64,000 bases of DNA from IMG/VR virus record IMGVR_UViG_3300032030_002802, positions 64,001 through 128,000 of that record. One strand, 5' to 3'. Each line of letters starts with the position of its first letter. Positions within the stretch are counted from its first letter, which is position 1. This document shows, piece by piece, positions 18,767 through 28,750 of the stretch. The notes under the pieces were generated by a model, which had not been told where the DNA came from, made no database searches, and worked only from the letters and a program-made list of their open reading frames with translations. This DNA comes from a virus. Lineage: Duplodnaviria > Caudoviricetes. The position numbers were made by a program, and so were the translations under genes.

Positions 18767-19367
18767 GTTCGTCCTGCTCGTCAGGCGGCCGCCTGTGCCA
18801 CAGGCGTATCACGCCCAGACGGTACAGCCTCGCGAGCTCCTCAACGAAGAGGTGCCGCCTGTACGGGGCGGCCCGGTCGTTCTTCCGCACCACTGCGAGC
18901 ATCTCGTCCGTGATGTACGTGGACGTGCGGAAGCGCTCCTCGACGTCGTATGCCTGCCTGAACCCGCCAAGCGAGTAGAACGACGCCTGGGCCATCTGGC
19001 ACTGGTCCCCGCCCTCCGTGTAGAACATGAAGTCGAACTCTCGCTCGAACTTCTCGTAGTTGTCCGCGCAGAACTTCTTGAGCCGGTCGTCCGCGAACGA
19101 CTCCGGGAGCACGAACGTGAGCCTGTGTATCCGCACGTCGTCGTGGAAGTGCGACTTCTTGAAGTCCGCTCGGAAGTCGCCCCATGAGCGCTTGATCTCG
19201 AACTCGTGCAGGTACCCCGAGCCGGACACCTGGATCAGGTCGCACTCGATGTTCCGGAAAAAGCCGAACGCCACGTTCGGGATCGATGTGTCGATCCTCG
19301 TGTGGCGGACGATCGCGTCCTGGATGTCCGCCACGCTCCACCTAGTCTCCAGTGCCTTACCGGCCAT
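18708..19367 (-). CDS. Putative PD-(D/E)xK nuclease (MmcB-like)
   Basis: ECDLIQVSGSGYLHEFEIKRSWGDFRADFKK. Confidence 0.7.
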   Translation of the reverse strand: MAGKALETRWSVADIQDAIVRHTRIDTSIPNVAFGFFRNIECDLIQVSGSGYLHEFEIKRSWGDFRADFKKSHFHDDVRIHRLTFVLPESFADDRLKKFCADNYEKFEREFDFMFYTEGGDQCQMAQASFYSLGGFRQAYDVEERFRTSTYITDEMLAVVRKNDRAAPYRRHLFVEELARLYRLGVIRLWHRRPPDEQDEHDERAGDREPQKEEQSGRV

Positions 19368-21449
19368 CGTCGCCTCCCCTGCCTGCGCGGAGCCTCGCGA
19401 GCTCTCCCCTTAGCATCTCGCACCTGTCGCGGAGGTCGGCGATCGCGATCTTCGCGAAGATCACCCGCAGCATCACGAGGGTCACGAGCGACCACATCAC
19501 GGTGGCGGCGACGTTGTCGGCGCAGCCCGAGACGAGCATTCCGAGCGAGGCTATGAGCGCGGCCGCGGCGAGGGCGATCCAGTCCAGCATGTTGGCGATG
19601 GCTCGTATCGTATCCATGTCAGTCCTCCCCCCGCGGCGGGTGTTTGAGGCAGCCGGGCGTCTCGCAGCGCTCGCACCACTTCCGCCTCGGCTCTGCCGGG
19701 TCCGGGCGCAGGTCCACTCCGTACTTCGCCTTGAAGCCGAGTGCGATGACCTCCTTGATCGTGTCGTTGTTGAGCCGACTGCACAGCTCCTTCTCGTCGT
19801 ACTCGTACTCCGGGTCCATCAGCTCGTAGACCTCGTCGTCCTGGTTCTCCGCCGCGTCCACCAGCGCGGCGAACAGTATGCGCGCGAACTCGATTTCGAC
19901 CTGCCTGGTCAGTTTCTTTGCCATTGCCTCTTCTCCTCTAGTTTCTCCTCTCGACTATCCGCCACGCGCGGATCCCGTCCGGGCCGGCCACGTTCCGCAG
20001 CTCGTGCGTCCGCATGAACTCGTCGAACCGCATGAGGCAGCTCTTCATGTCGTTCCCGGCAGCGCACCCCCGGTCGGCGTCCCACCTGGGGCAGTGGGCC
20101 GGGCAGTAGAGCTCGCTCATGACCGTCGTCACCGCGTCGCGGAACGTGTAAGTGTCCATCCCGCCGTCGTCGGGGTCGACGTAGCGCCAGAGGGCGGCCG
20201 ACAGCCTCCCGCAGTGCTCGTGCGCCTTCCAGGTGTACACCCGCCCGTCGAACTTGTTGCTCGCCCGCACGTACCTGTCCCCGCGGTGTATGACGTGCCC
20301 GCAGTAGTCGCATACGTGCGGCTTGCGGGCACGCAGGGTCGACGACCGGATCGTCTCGACCATCACTTCCTCCCGCGCGAGAGGACCTCGTTCGCGTCCC
20401 TGAGCCACTCGTCGCAGTGCTCGACGAGCGTCCCGGGCGCGCTTATTCCGTCCTTCTGCGCAGCGAGATTGGCCATCACGGTGCGCAGCGTCGAGATCAT
20501 CGGCTGCGCCTTCCACACCAGGTCAATTGCCTTCACCGGTTTCATTTTCCGCGGCTCCCTTCCTTTGCGGCTTTCGCGGCCTTGGGCTTTACTGGTTTGT
20601 AGATCTTCCGCAGTTTGTATTTCTTGAGCAAGTACTGTAGCCTGCGACACGCCAGGCCCATCCACCACGCGACGGAATCGTCGCACTGGCAGAGCAAGTT
20701 CGTATTCGCCTCCTCCAGCATTCCGTAGACCTCGAACAGGTCAGCCCGCATGTCCACGCCATCGTATGCCACGTCCTTGTCCGGCGTGGAGCAGACGGTC
20801 AGGGCCAGCATCACGCATAGATCGAGTCCTTCGTCAATTGCTTGCCACCACGAGCTCCGCTTGCTATCATCGTATTTGAGGGTCTTTTCAGTCCCAGTGA
20901 TGCCGTTCCGCTGCATTACTTCGTTCAGCGTCATCAGCACGTTGGCCGGGGCGTAGAACCTGCCCTCGCGCAGCACCCGCTTGGCACGGTTTCTAGTGGA
21001 GATGCCGATCTTCATCCTCTGTTCCTCCTTCTGGCCTTCTTGGCCGCCTTGTTGCGTCTGTTCCGGCGTTCCTGCGTCTTGCGCTTGTGCATGTCCCGGT
21101 TTCTCTGCCCGTGCTTCCAGGGCGAGTCCATCCCGAAGGCGTCCGCCACCATCTCCATCGGCGTGCCGCGCCAGTCGGGCGGTGCGGATGCCTGCGAGAC
21201 CGGCATGTCCTGGAACTGGCTGATGTCCAGCGACGGGCAGGGGCCGGGGTCGCATGGCTCCATCGCTATGGTCGGCTCTGTGTGCATGGCCTACCTCCTG
21301 TTGCGTTTGCGGGCTTCCTTGGCCGCGTCGCGCCTTGCTTTCGCTCGTGCGCGGCGTCCGCGCTCCAGGCGTGCGGTTTCCGGGTCAACGTACGGCTGCG
21401 GCGTTCTGTGCACCAGGCCAGTGCGCCCGTCGACGTAGAAGTCGGTCAT
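19357..21449 (-). CDS. Seven small hypothetical genes (19357-19617 two-TM; 19619-19924; 19938-20363 Zn-finger; 20363-20545; 20542-21015; 21012-21287; 21291-21449)
   Basis: Chain of overlapping stop/start junctions. Confidence 0.6.
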
Positions 21450-22678
21450 GCCTGCGCCTCTGCCCGACCCGCCGCGTCCGCCGCGTCCGCCGCGTCCGCC
21501 GGCGTCTGCGCGCCACTGTCGGACGTCCCGGTCTGCACGGCCTGCGCGGCCTGTTCGGCCGCCACCATCGTGGCTGTGTCCGGTTCCAGGCTGAGCAGCC
21601 GGCCGGTGTCGCGGGCCTCCGCGATCTCTCGGTCCACTGACTCCTTCACCTCGTGGAGAAGCTCGGACAGCTTGAACTGGCTGTCCTCTATCCGTTCGTC
21701 CTCGAGCGTCGGGATCGTGCCGATGGCCTTCTCCACCGTCTCCAGCGTCAGGTCGTCGTCCTTGTAGATCCAGTCGGCGACGTAGTAGAGCTCCCTGCTC
21801 CCGCGCAGCGTCCCGAAGAGGATCGGGTCGCGGCGCCGGTGGCGCTCGCGCTCGTCGACCTCCTCCTCCAGCAGGCGCACCGGATCCACGTTTGTGGAGT
21901 AGTACATCACGACGTAGTTGTCGAACAGGAGCGCCAGGTTGCACTCCGCGATCTTCGCGCCGACGTCGGCCGGGATCACCTCCGGGTAGTACCGCAGGAA
22001 CTCGACCTGCACCCCGCGCTCGGCCTTCGTCATGAACTCGATGGCCTGGTCCTCCGTCAGGTAGCGGCACATGCCGCGCTGGGCGAGCGCCAGTTTTGCG
22101 GCCAGCACGTCGAGATGGTCCCTGACCTTCTTGGCCATTGCGAATTGGCACGTCTCCTCGAAGCGCCTTATGAGGGCGCCAGCGATCGCACGGCTCCTGA
22201 GCAGCTCCTCGGTTGTGACGACGATCTCCCTGTCCTTGGCGAGGCCGAACGCGTCCTCCACCGAGATCGGCATTTCCTTCCGGGACACCAGGCGCTTTAG
22301 CCAGGCGGCGGTCGACCTGACTGCGGACATGAACGGGCTGTTTCCGCCCTTCTCGCCGCTGGTTATGTGCCCGGCCTTGAGGGCTACGTACCGGTTGCGG
22401 TTCCACTTCGCGGCTTTCGCGGCCTGCAGGTCCGTCTCGCGCAGGGCCACGCCCTCGCCCGTGTGCCATCCGGGCACGATCGCAGACGCAGAGCTTTCGA
22501 GGGCCATGATGTCCTCGGCGGCGGCCTTCGAGTCGTCCCCGCCTCCCGGCTTGGCGAGCAGCCTCTTGAACTTCGGGAGGTCCTCCTCGACGAAGTACTC
22601 CTCGAAGATCTTCAATTTCGGCTTTCCGTTCACCAGCGTGATGGACGGATGCCGGTCCCACTTGATTCTTTTTGCCAT
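21446..22678 (-). CDS. Uncharacterised phage protein, paralogue of 4680-5888
   Basis: 410 aa with shared motifs. Confidence 0.85.
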   Translation of the reverse strand: MAKRIKWDRHPSITLVNGKPKLKIFEEYFVEEDLPKFKRLLAKPGGGDDSKAAAEDIMALESSASAIVPGWHTGEGVALRETDLQAAKAAKWNRNRYVALKAGHITSGEKGGNSPFMSAVRSTAAWLKRLVSRKEMPISVEDAFGLAKDREIVVTTEELLRSRAIAGALIRRFEETCQFAMAKKVRDHLDVLAAKLALAQRGMCRYLTEDQAIEFMTKAERGVQVEFLRYYPEVIPADVGAKIAECNLALLFDNYVVMYYSTNVDPVRLLEEEVDERERHRRRDPILFGTLRGSRELYYVADWIYKDDDLTLETVEKAIGTIPTLEDERIEDSQFKLSELLHEVKESVDREIAEARDTGRLLSLEPDTATMVAAEQAAQAVQTGTSDSGAQTPADAADAADAAGRAEAQA

Positions 22679-23052
22679 GTTAATCCTTGTTGTTTAGAGT
22701 TCTTGTTCGGACATTCTGTCGATGTCGTCCTGCGACATGACCTGCAAGCTCGCGCGCTCGATCTGGACCGTCGGCCGCAGCCGGTCCGCGGTGTCGTCCG
22801 GCTCGTCCTGCGCCTCAGCGGTTTTCTCCAACGGGCTCATTCTGGATCCTTTCGGTTTTGTTCGTCTCGGGGTGGACTAATTTGGACGAATCTTTGCTGG
22901 ATTCGTCCACTTGCTCGTTTTCCCCTTTGTTTTCAAGGTTTTCGCCTGGACTAATCTGCATGACTTCGACGCGGATTAGTCCACGCGCCTCGTCGGCCAT
23001 GCCAACCGCCAGCCATTGTTCGTCATCCGTAGTCATTTTCTGTCATCCATAG

Positions 23053-23724
23053 TCATTTCCTTCCGTCGTTCGCGACGCCTTTGCACGGGTCTCTCCACCC
23101 GCCTGTCTTTGTAACCACGCGCGCAATCTGCTGTATGAACTCGTCCTCCCAGAGCGGGCAGTCGTCCGCCCCGATCACGTTGTACGCCGTGCAGCCCTGC
23201 TTGTACAGGGCGCACTTCGCGCAGTACCGCCCGACGACCACCGGCCGGTCTGGGGTGAACACGGCCGCCATCTGGTACAGGCTGTCGCACCCGAACCACG
23301 TGGCGAGCTGGAGCGGCGTGAGCGGGCTGAGCGTCCGCAGCGCCCGGTGCATGTAGTCGGAGCACGGCTCCGGCATCGACGTGCGGGCGTACAGCGCCCG
23401 CATCATCTTCAGGAGCGGGGCCGCCACGCCGTCGTTGTCCGCCGAGAAGCGCCACCACGCCATCGACGCGAGGTGCAGCCGCATCGGCTCGTCCGGGACC
23501 CTGCGCAGGAACGCCACGCACCGCGCGACCGAGCACTCGTCGGACTTCCGGGCGCGGCGCAGCTTACGCCCGGCTATTCGGCTCATGGACGCCTCGACCG
23601 CCTTGCGGCAGTTCATGCAGCGCGTCAGGGTTCCCGGACATACCGGACTGTCCGACGCGTCCGCCACTGTCTGATCTAGTTTCTCTGGCATTGCCTGTCT
23701 GTTCTCCTGCATGTTATTTTGCAC
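23053..23724 (-). CDS. Cys-rich hypothetical protein
   Basis: Several CxxC pairs; promoter directly upstream; start uncertain. Confidence 0.65.
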   Translation of the reverse strand: MQNNMQENRQAMPEKLDQTVADASDSPVCPGTLTRCMNCRKAVEASMSRIAGRKLRRARKSDECSVARCVAFLRRVPDEPMRLHLASMAWWRFSADNDGVAAPLLKMMRALYARTSMPEPCSDYMHRALRTLSPLTPLQLATWFGCDSLYQMAAVFTPDRPVVVGRYCAKCALYKQGCTAYNVIGADDCPLWEDEFIQQIARVVTKTGGWRDPCKGVANDGRK

Positions 23725-23735
23725 GACCGGGGGTT

Positions 23736-23750
23736 AGTATATCATAAATC
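23736..23750 (-). promoter_or_regulatory. Extended -10 promoter
   Basis: GATTTATGATATACT in an AT-rich intergenic gap. Confidence 0.6.
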
Positions 23751-23762
23751 CGCGTACATGTG

Positions 23763-24791
23763 CTAGATTTTGAGCGTAAATGTTGCCGGATCAAGCCCGG
23801 CGGCCGTGCACGCGTCCAGGATCTGCGACCACAGCTCCGTGCGCGGGGTCTCGCCGGCGTCCTTGTACCCGCGCAACGCCACCGCGACCACGTCCACCGT
23901 CGGGGCGAACATCGCCTTGGTGCGCTCGATGTCCTTCTTCGCGTCAGGGTCCAGGAGCAGTATCACGTGTCTCCAGTACTGCTGCAGCAGCCCGACCTGC
24001 GTCTCGCTGACGGCCTTGCCGAACGTGGCCACGCCGCACCTCCCCACGCGCACGGCGTCGAACACGCCCTCCGTCACCACCACCGTGTCCGACCCGCGGG
24101 CCCCGTCGAAGTTCCACAGCAGCTCGCGCTTGTCCATCCCCGGCATTGTGAAGTACTTCGGCGGCCGCACGTACTTCCCCTTCTCCGCGTCCCACTTGAA
24201 CCCCATCATGGCGCACCTGGAGTCGTCGACCTTGTCGGGGTCGTACAGGAGGCGCGCCTGCCATCCGATGAGCCTGCCGTCCACGGTGACGGGCGCCACG
24301 ATCGTGTTCGTGGTGCTGAACACGCCCTTCGCGAACTTCCTCCCGGAGCCGCAGTAGCACAGGCCGAAGTCGCGCCCGGCCTCGCGGTGGTCGAACCCGC
24401 GCGCGGCGAGGTACACCGCGGCGGGGTTGTCCGGCCCCACCGCGGCGAGCGGCACTAGCGCGCCGGGGTCTATGTAGCCCATGTCGCGCCTGACCTTCTT
24501 CGCGGGGGCCGTCGTCATCGGCAGCTTCTTGCCCAGGAGCTTCCTGACGGTCCCGGAGCAGCACCCGCGCCAGCACTTGTATATGCCGCTCACGGCGTTC
24601 ACGGAGAGCTTGTGCTCGCCGCACACGTAGCAGTCGCAGATGAGCTCGAGGCCGTTGTGGCCCTGCGAGCGGGTGACGTGGCCGAACCGCCTCTCGAGCT
24701 CGGCCTCAAGCTGGTCGGGGTCGGCTATGCGCCACTTCCTGCGGTTCTCGTCCAGCCCCAGCATCTGCGCCACCATCGCGTTGAGGTCCAT
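23763..24791 (-). CDS. dnaG: DNA primase (Zn-finger + TOPRIM)
   Basis: CYVC...CWRGC, GWQAR, PKY, VVTEGVFDA, LLLDPD, GYKDAGE. Confidence 0.88.
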   Translation of the reverse strand: MDLNAMVAQMLGLDENRRKWRIADPDQLEAELERRFGHVTRSQGHNGLELICDCYVCGEHKLSVNAVSGIYKCWRGCCSGTVRKLLGKKLPMTTAPAKKVRRDMGYIDPGALVPLAAVGPDNPAAVYLAARGFDHREAGRDFGLCYCGSGRKFAKGVFSTTNTIVAPVTVDGRLIGWQARLLYDPDKVDDSRCAMMGFKWDAEKGKYVRPPKYFTMPGMDKRELLWNFDGARGSDTVVVTEGVFDAVRVGRCGVATFGKAVSETQVGLLQQYWRHVILLLDPDAKKDIERTKAMFAPTVDVVAVALRGYKDAGETPRTELWSQILDACTAAGLDPATFTLKI

Positions 24792-26263
24792 TACACGGAC
24801 CCCCCTCGGCAGTAGTGCTCGGCCGGGTCCTCGCGCTCGATGCGGGCCATCGTCCGGAGGCACTGCTCCTTCGACGACCACAGCCGCAGCGACGGGTTCT
24901 GGTAGATCATCTCGCGGTTGCCGGCGAGCGACGACTCGCGGGCCTTGAAGCAGCTCACGACGATCTGCCTGTCGGTCTCGGACACCTTGGCGGACGCGGA
25001 GCCGTCCATCGTCACCGCCTGCTTCTGCACGTCCAGCGCGGGCCGCGCGAACGCGATGCCGAGGTCCAGGTAGTTCTGGATCGCGGTGGAGTCGGCGATG
25101 TCCTCCGGGCCGAGCACCTCCTTGGTCTGGGCCTTGCGGTTCACCTGCTGGGCCGTCCACACGATGACCCGGTGCTTCTTGGCCAGCTTGCCGAGCGCCT
25201 GTATGGCGAGCGCGATCGGCTCGTCCGAGCGGCTGTTCTTCGTGACGCCCGGGACGGAGGCCATGTCGATGTACTTCAGCCAGTCTATGCAGACCAGCGC
25301 GAGCTTGTCCTCGGGTATCCCGCGCTCCGTGGCCTGGCGCTTCCACGAGGCTATCGCGCGGTCGATCTTCTCGATCGTCATCAGCTCCTTGTCGGACTTG
25401 TCCAGGATCGAGAACCTGTCCCAGTAGATGCACTCGCGGCTCGTGAGCGCCCTGAACCGGTCGGCTGCGCTCTTCGGCCACATGGACAGCGGCCTCTCGT
25501 ACAGCCCTATCGGGTAGTAGCCCATGATCGACTGCCAGCGCTTGCGGATCATCTGCTTCGGGTTCTCCAGCGTCATGAACAGGCTGTGCAGGCCGACCGC
25601 GTTAGCGTTAGCCGCGAAGTTGATCATGCCCACGGTCTTCCCGAGCCCCGACACGGCCACTAGCAGCGCGACGTTGCCGCGCACGAGGCCGCCGCCCATG
25701 TTCGTGTCCAGCCACTGGATGCCCGTCGCGACGCGCGGCTCCGGGTTCTCCATGCTGGCGAGGTCGACCTCGCAGCCGCTCGATATCTCGTCGGACGCGT
25801 CGACGCCGCACACGGACTTGGCGTCCTCGTTGGCGACGTTCATCGCCTCGACGGTCTGGCTCGGGGTCCAGCCGTTCTCCTGCGCGAGCCTCGCCACCTG
25901 GCGGATGCGGACTGTGGACAGGAAGTCCGGCAGCATCGCGCCTATCCGGACTATCTCCGACGCGGGCAGCCCGCGCCCGACGCGCTCGACCAGGTCGGCC
26001 ACGGCCGGGAACACGGCCATCTCCGGCTTCGTCGTGTACGTGAACTGCGAGTCCCCGCTGCACGCGAGCTCTATCTCCTTGGCGATCGTGTCCATCGTCG
26101 GGAGCATCCCGTGCCGCTCGCTGAACTTGCTCACCACGTCGAACACGAACCGGGTCGCGGGGGCCGAGAAGTCGGACACCCGCAGCTTCCACCCGGCGTG
26201 GCACTGGGCGTTCGTCGCCCACGCAATGAGGATGCGCTCCTCGTCGTCGCGGCTATATGCCAT
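24791..26263 (-). CDS. dnaB: Replicative helicase (DnaB/SF4)
   Basis: TGIQWLD..MGGGL, Walker A AVSGLGKT, TLEN, VCIDW, WTAQQVNR. Confidence 0.88.
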   Translation of the reverse strand: MAYSRDDEERILIAWATNAQCHAGWKLRVSDFSAPATRFVFDVVSKFSERHGMLPTMDTIAKEIELACSGDSQFTYTTKPEMAVFPAVADLVERVGRGLPASEIVRIGAMLPDFLSTVRIRQVARLAQENGWTPSQTVEAMNVANEDAKSVCGVDASDEISSGCEVDLASMENPEPRVATGIQWLDTNMGGGLVRGNVALLVAVSGLGKTVGMINFAANANAVGLHSLFMTLENPKQMIRKRWQSIMGYYPIGLYERPLSMWPKSAADRFRALTSRECIYWDRFSILDKSDKELMTIEKIDRAIASWKRQATERGIPEDKLALVCIDWLKYIDMASVPGVTKNSRSDEPIALAIQALGKLAKKHRVIVWTAQQVNRKAQTKEVLGPEDIADSTAIQNYLDLGIAFARPALDVQKQAVTMDGSASAKVSETDRQIVVSCFKARESSLAGNREMIYQNPSLRLWSSKEQCLRTMARIEREDPAEHYCRGGSV

Positions 26264-26834
26264 CGATCACCCCCATCTTCCGCTCGAAGGCCTCCATCTT
26301 CGACGCCATGGCGGCGCGCAGGAACCTGACGAGGTCGCGATCGGCCCGCAGGTCCTCCAGCGCCTCCTCGCCCCACTTGGCGACGATCTCGTCCGGCATC
26401 TGCTCGGGGTACAGCACCCGGAACCACGCCGGGAACTGCGCGTTCAGGGCTGTCGCTAGTATGGCGTCGTCCGACTGCCCGGTCGCCCCCTGTATCCCGA
26501 TCACCAGCCGCACGAAGTACCCCCACTTCCCGGCCGCGTCGACCTTCTTGTCGCGCCTGTGTTCGTTCCAGATCTGCTGCGCGCGGGCGGTCAGCAGGTC
26601 GTGCGGGGTCAGCGCGTCGCTGTTCTTCGGGAACCTCTCGACGACTGTCGCCACGAACCGCTCCACGTCGCATCCGGCCTTCGCGCACTTGTCCGCGACC
26701 TTCAGGAACACCTTCCACGACCGGTGCTCCGCATATCTCTTCCTAGGCCAGTCGACGCCGTGGGCCGTCCTCCGCGTGCCGTAGTACGCGTCGAACGCCC
26801 TCATGGCGTCGGCATACTGTTGTTGCCCATCCAT
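26253..26834 (-). CDS. Hypothetical protein in the replication module
   Basis: MDGQQQYADAM...; AAGGAG RBS. Confidence 0.65.
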   Translation of the reverse strand: MDGQQQYADAMRAFDAYYGTRRTAHGVDWPRKRYAEHRSWKVFLKVADKCAKAGCDVERFVATVVERFPKNSDALTPHDLLTARAQQIWNEHRRDKKVDAAGKWGYFVRLVIGIQGATGQSDDAILATALNAQFPAWFRVLYPEQMPDEIVAKWGEEALEDLRADRDLVRFLRAAMASKMEAFERKMGVIDGI

Positions 26835-28360
26835 GGCAGCTCCTTTTCGCTCTCTAACTGTATCTGCTCGAACCCGAGCTCTGTGTATATCCTGGCGCGC
26901 GCCGCGTCGTCCCTCGCGATGGGGCCCATGGTCGGGCGGCCGGTCTTGGGCGACTTCACCGTGTCCCAGTCGTGCCGGAACTCGACGATGTACGACCCGT
27001 CCTTTCCGTCGACCTTGCGGCTGGCGCGTCCGGGGACCTGCTTCGCCACGATCTCGCTGCCCCCGCCGCCGAGGTTGACCACTATGCGGAGGTCGGCGAA
27101 GTTGACGCCCTGCTTCCACACGTGCGTCGAGACGGCCTTGCGTATCGCGCCTGTCTTCATGCGCTCGTATATGTCGCGGCGCTCCTTCGGCGACACGGCG
27201 TGGACGTGCCAGAACGAGGTCGGCGGGAGCTTGGCCGGGTCGGTCTCCGCGTGGCACTGCTCGAGCGTCACGCCGGCGTTCGCGCAGCCACGCAGCACCT
27301 GCTCCATGTGCTTCACGAACTGGAGCATCCCGAGCGCCTGCAGGCCGTCCGGGATCCCGGCGAATATGCGGCCGACCATGTCGTTGAGCGCCCGGTTGTT
27401 GTAGACGCCCCACCTGTACCGCTGGTCCCGCGTCTTGTAGCGGGCGTAGTTGTCGAGGCCGATGTTCGGCTCCGGGCACCTGACCCACAGCACCTTCGTC
27501 GGGACGAGGCAGCCGGCCTTCACGCCGTCCTGGTACGAGAACGTCGCCACGATCGGGCCGAATATGCCCTCGGCCACGATGTCCTTGCCGTCGAACCTGC
27601 CGTCCGGGGTCGCCGACACGCCCCACCTCCGCGCCTTCGTGAACCTGCGCAGCTCGTCAGCCCGCGTGTCGGACGCGGCCGTGTGCATCTCGTCGACTAT
27701 CAGCACGCCGACGTCGTCCGCGTCCAGCTTGTGCAGGGAGTCCAGCGTTATGACCTGGATGTCGTCCGACACCTTGCTCCGGCCGGACATTATCAGCCCC
27801 ACGTCGCGGTCCGGCAGGAGCTCGGTCAGGTCGTCGAAGTTCTTCTGCGTGATGTCCTTGTCCGGGACGGCCACGACGATCGTCGGCGTCCCGCGCATCA
27901 TCAGGGCCTCGTGCGAGTAGGCGTTGCAGAGCGCCTTTATGACGTGGGTCTTGCCCAGCCCGGTCGCGCCGCTGAGTATCCCGCCGCCGCTCATCAGCAT
28001 CCTGTACACCAGTTCGTACTGGTACTCGCGCAGCCCGGTCATCGCCTTCGCGATGTCGGGCGGCGGCATCGGCGTCCGCTTGTCTACGACCTCGACCTCG
28101 TAGCCGCACTGCTGCAGGTGGTCCTTGCACCGCTTGGCGAACCCCGGGTCGGTTACGCACGACTGGACGACCCTGCCATCCGGGCCGGCCGCGGTCTGCA
28201 GCCGGTACAGGAGCGTGTTCGTGTACTTGAGCTCGCGCTTGTGCGTGCGCTCGTTGGTCTCGAACCGCTTCTTCCAGTAGTGCAGCTTCGCCAGCAGCGT
28301 CTCGGGAAACGGCGTGACCATCACGAAGCCGTCTCCCAGAAGTATGGTAGATTTCTCCAT
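26801..28360 (-). CDS. Superfamily 2 DNA helicase (DExH, UvsW-like)
   Basis: LREYQ, GATGLGKT, IVDEMH, SATP, QVPGRASR. Confidence 0.9.
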   Translation of the reverse strand: MEKSTILLGDGFVMVTPFPETLLAKLHYWKKRFETNERTHKRELKYTNTLLYRLQTAAGPDGRVVQSCVTDPGFAKRCKDHLQQCGYEVEVVDKRTPMPPPDIAKAMTGLREYQYELVYRMLMSGGGILSGATGLGKTHVIKALCNAYSHEALMMRGTPTIVVAVPDKDITQKNFDDLTELLPDRDVGLIMSGRSKVSDDIQVITLDSLHKLDADDVGVLIVDEMHTAASDTRADELRRFTKARRWGVSATPDGRFDGKDIVAEGIFGPIVATFSYQDGVKAGCLVPTKVLWVRCPEPNIGLDNYARYKTRDQRYRWGVYNNRALNDMVGRIFAGIPDGLQALGMLQFVKHMEQVLRGCANAGVTLEQCHAETDPAKLPPTSFWHVHAVSPKERRDIYERMKTGAIRKAVSTHVWKQGVNFADLRIVVNLGGGGSEIVAKQVPGRASRKVDGKDGSYIVEFRHDWDTVKSPKTGRPTMGPIARDDAARARIYTELGFEQIQLESEKELPWMGNNSMPTP

Positions 28361-28381
28361 AGTGCCTTTCGATGGGGGTGT

Positions 28382-28397
28382 AGTATAGCAAAAAACT
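28382..28397 (-). promoter_or_regulatory. Extended -10 promoter
   Basis: TTTTTTGCTATACT upstream of the helicase. Confidence 0.55.
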
Positions 28398-28426
28398 CCC
28401 GCCGTGTCATCCGGCTTTCCCGGGTC

Positions 28427-28684
28427 TTACGGCTCCTCCACGCCCTCCTCCTCCCGCGCCTCGGCCTCCAGCTGGCTCAGCTCCTCGTGTATGCTGTCCA
28501 GCCAGCGGTTGACGTTGCCCCTGCGCGTGGCCCGGCTGCGCTCGTACCCGTTCAGCGCGTTCAGCCTTTTCCTCCGCATGTCAGGCGGCAGCTTGTAGTT
28601 GTCGCGCAGCCTCTCGCAGAATTTCATCTCGTCGTCGATGTCCCGCAGCACGGAGTCAACATTGCACCTCTCAAACGTCCTCAT
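28427..28684 (-). CDS. Hypothetical protein
   Basis: AAGGAG RBS, MRTFERC... Confidence 0.6.
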   Translation of the reverse strand: MRTFERCNVDSVLRDIDDEMKFCERLRDNYKLPPDMRRKRLNALNGYERSRATRRGNVNRWLDSIHEELSQLEAEAREEEGVEEP

Positions 28685-28704
28685 CTCGTCTCTCCTTGAA
28701 GAAG

Positions 28705-28747
28705 GCGCCACCCGCCCGGCGTTTCCTAGGCCGCCGGGCGGGGGCGC
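28705..28747. terminator. GC-rich hairpin downstream of sbcC
   Basis: CCCGCCCGGCG...CGCCGGGCGGG inverted repeat; no strong U-tract. Confidence 0.4.
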
Positions 28748-28750
28748 ACG

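Noticed and set aside
21469-21500. Short tandem repeats (CCGCCGCGT here; also near 8048-8075 and 33267-33320)
   Set aside because: In-frame low-complexity peptide repeats (ADA, DPDA, EQDS).
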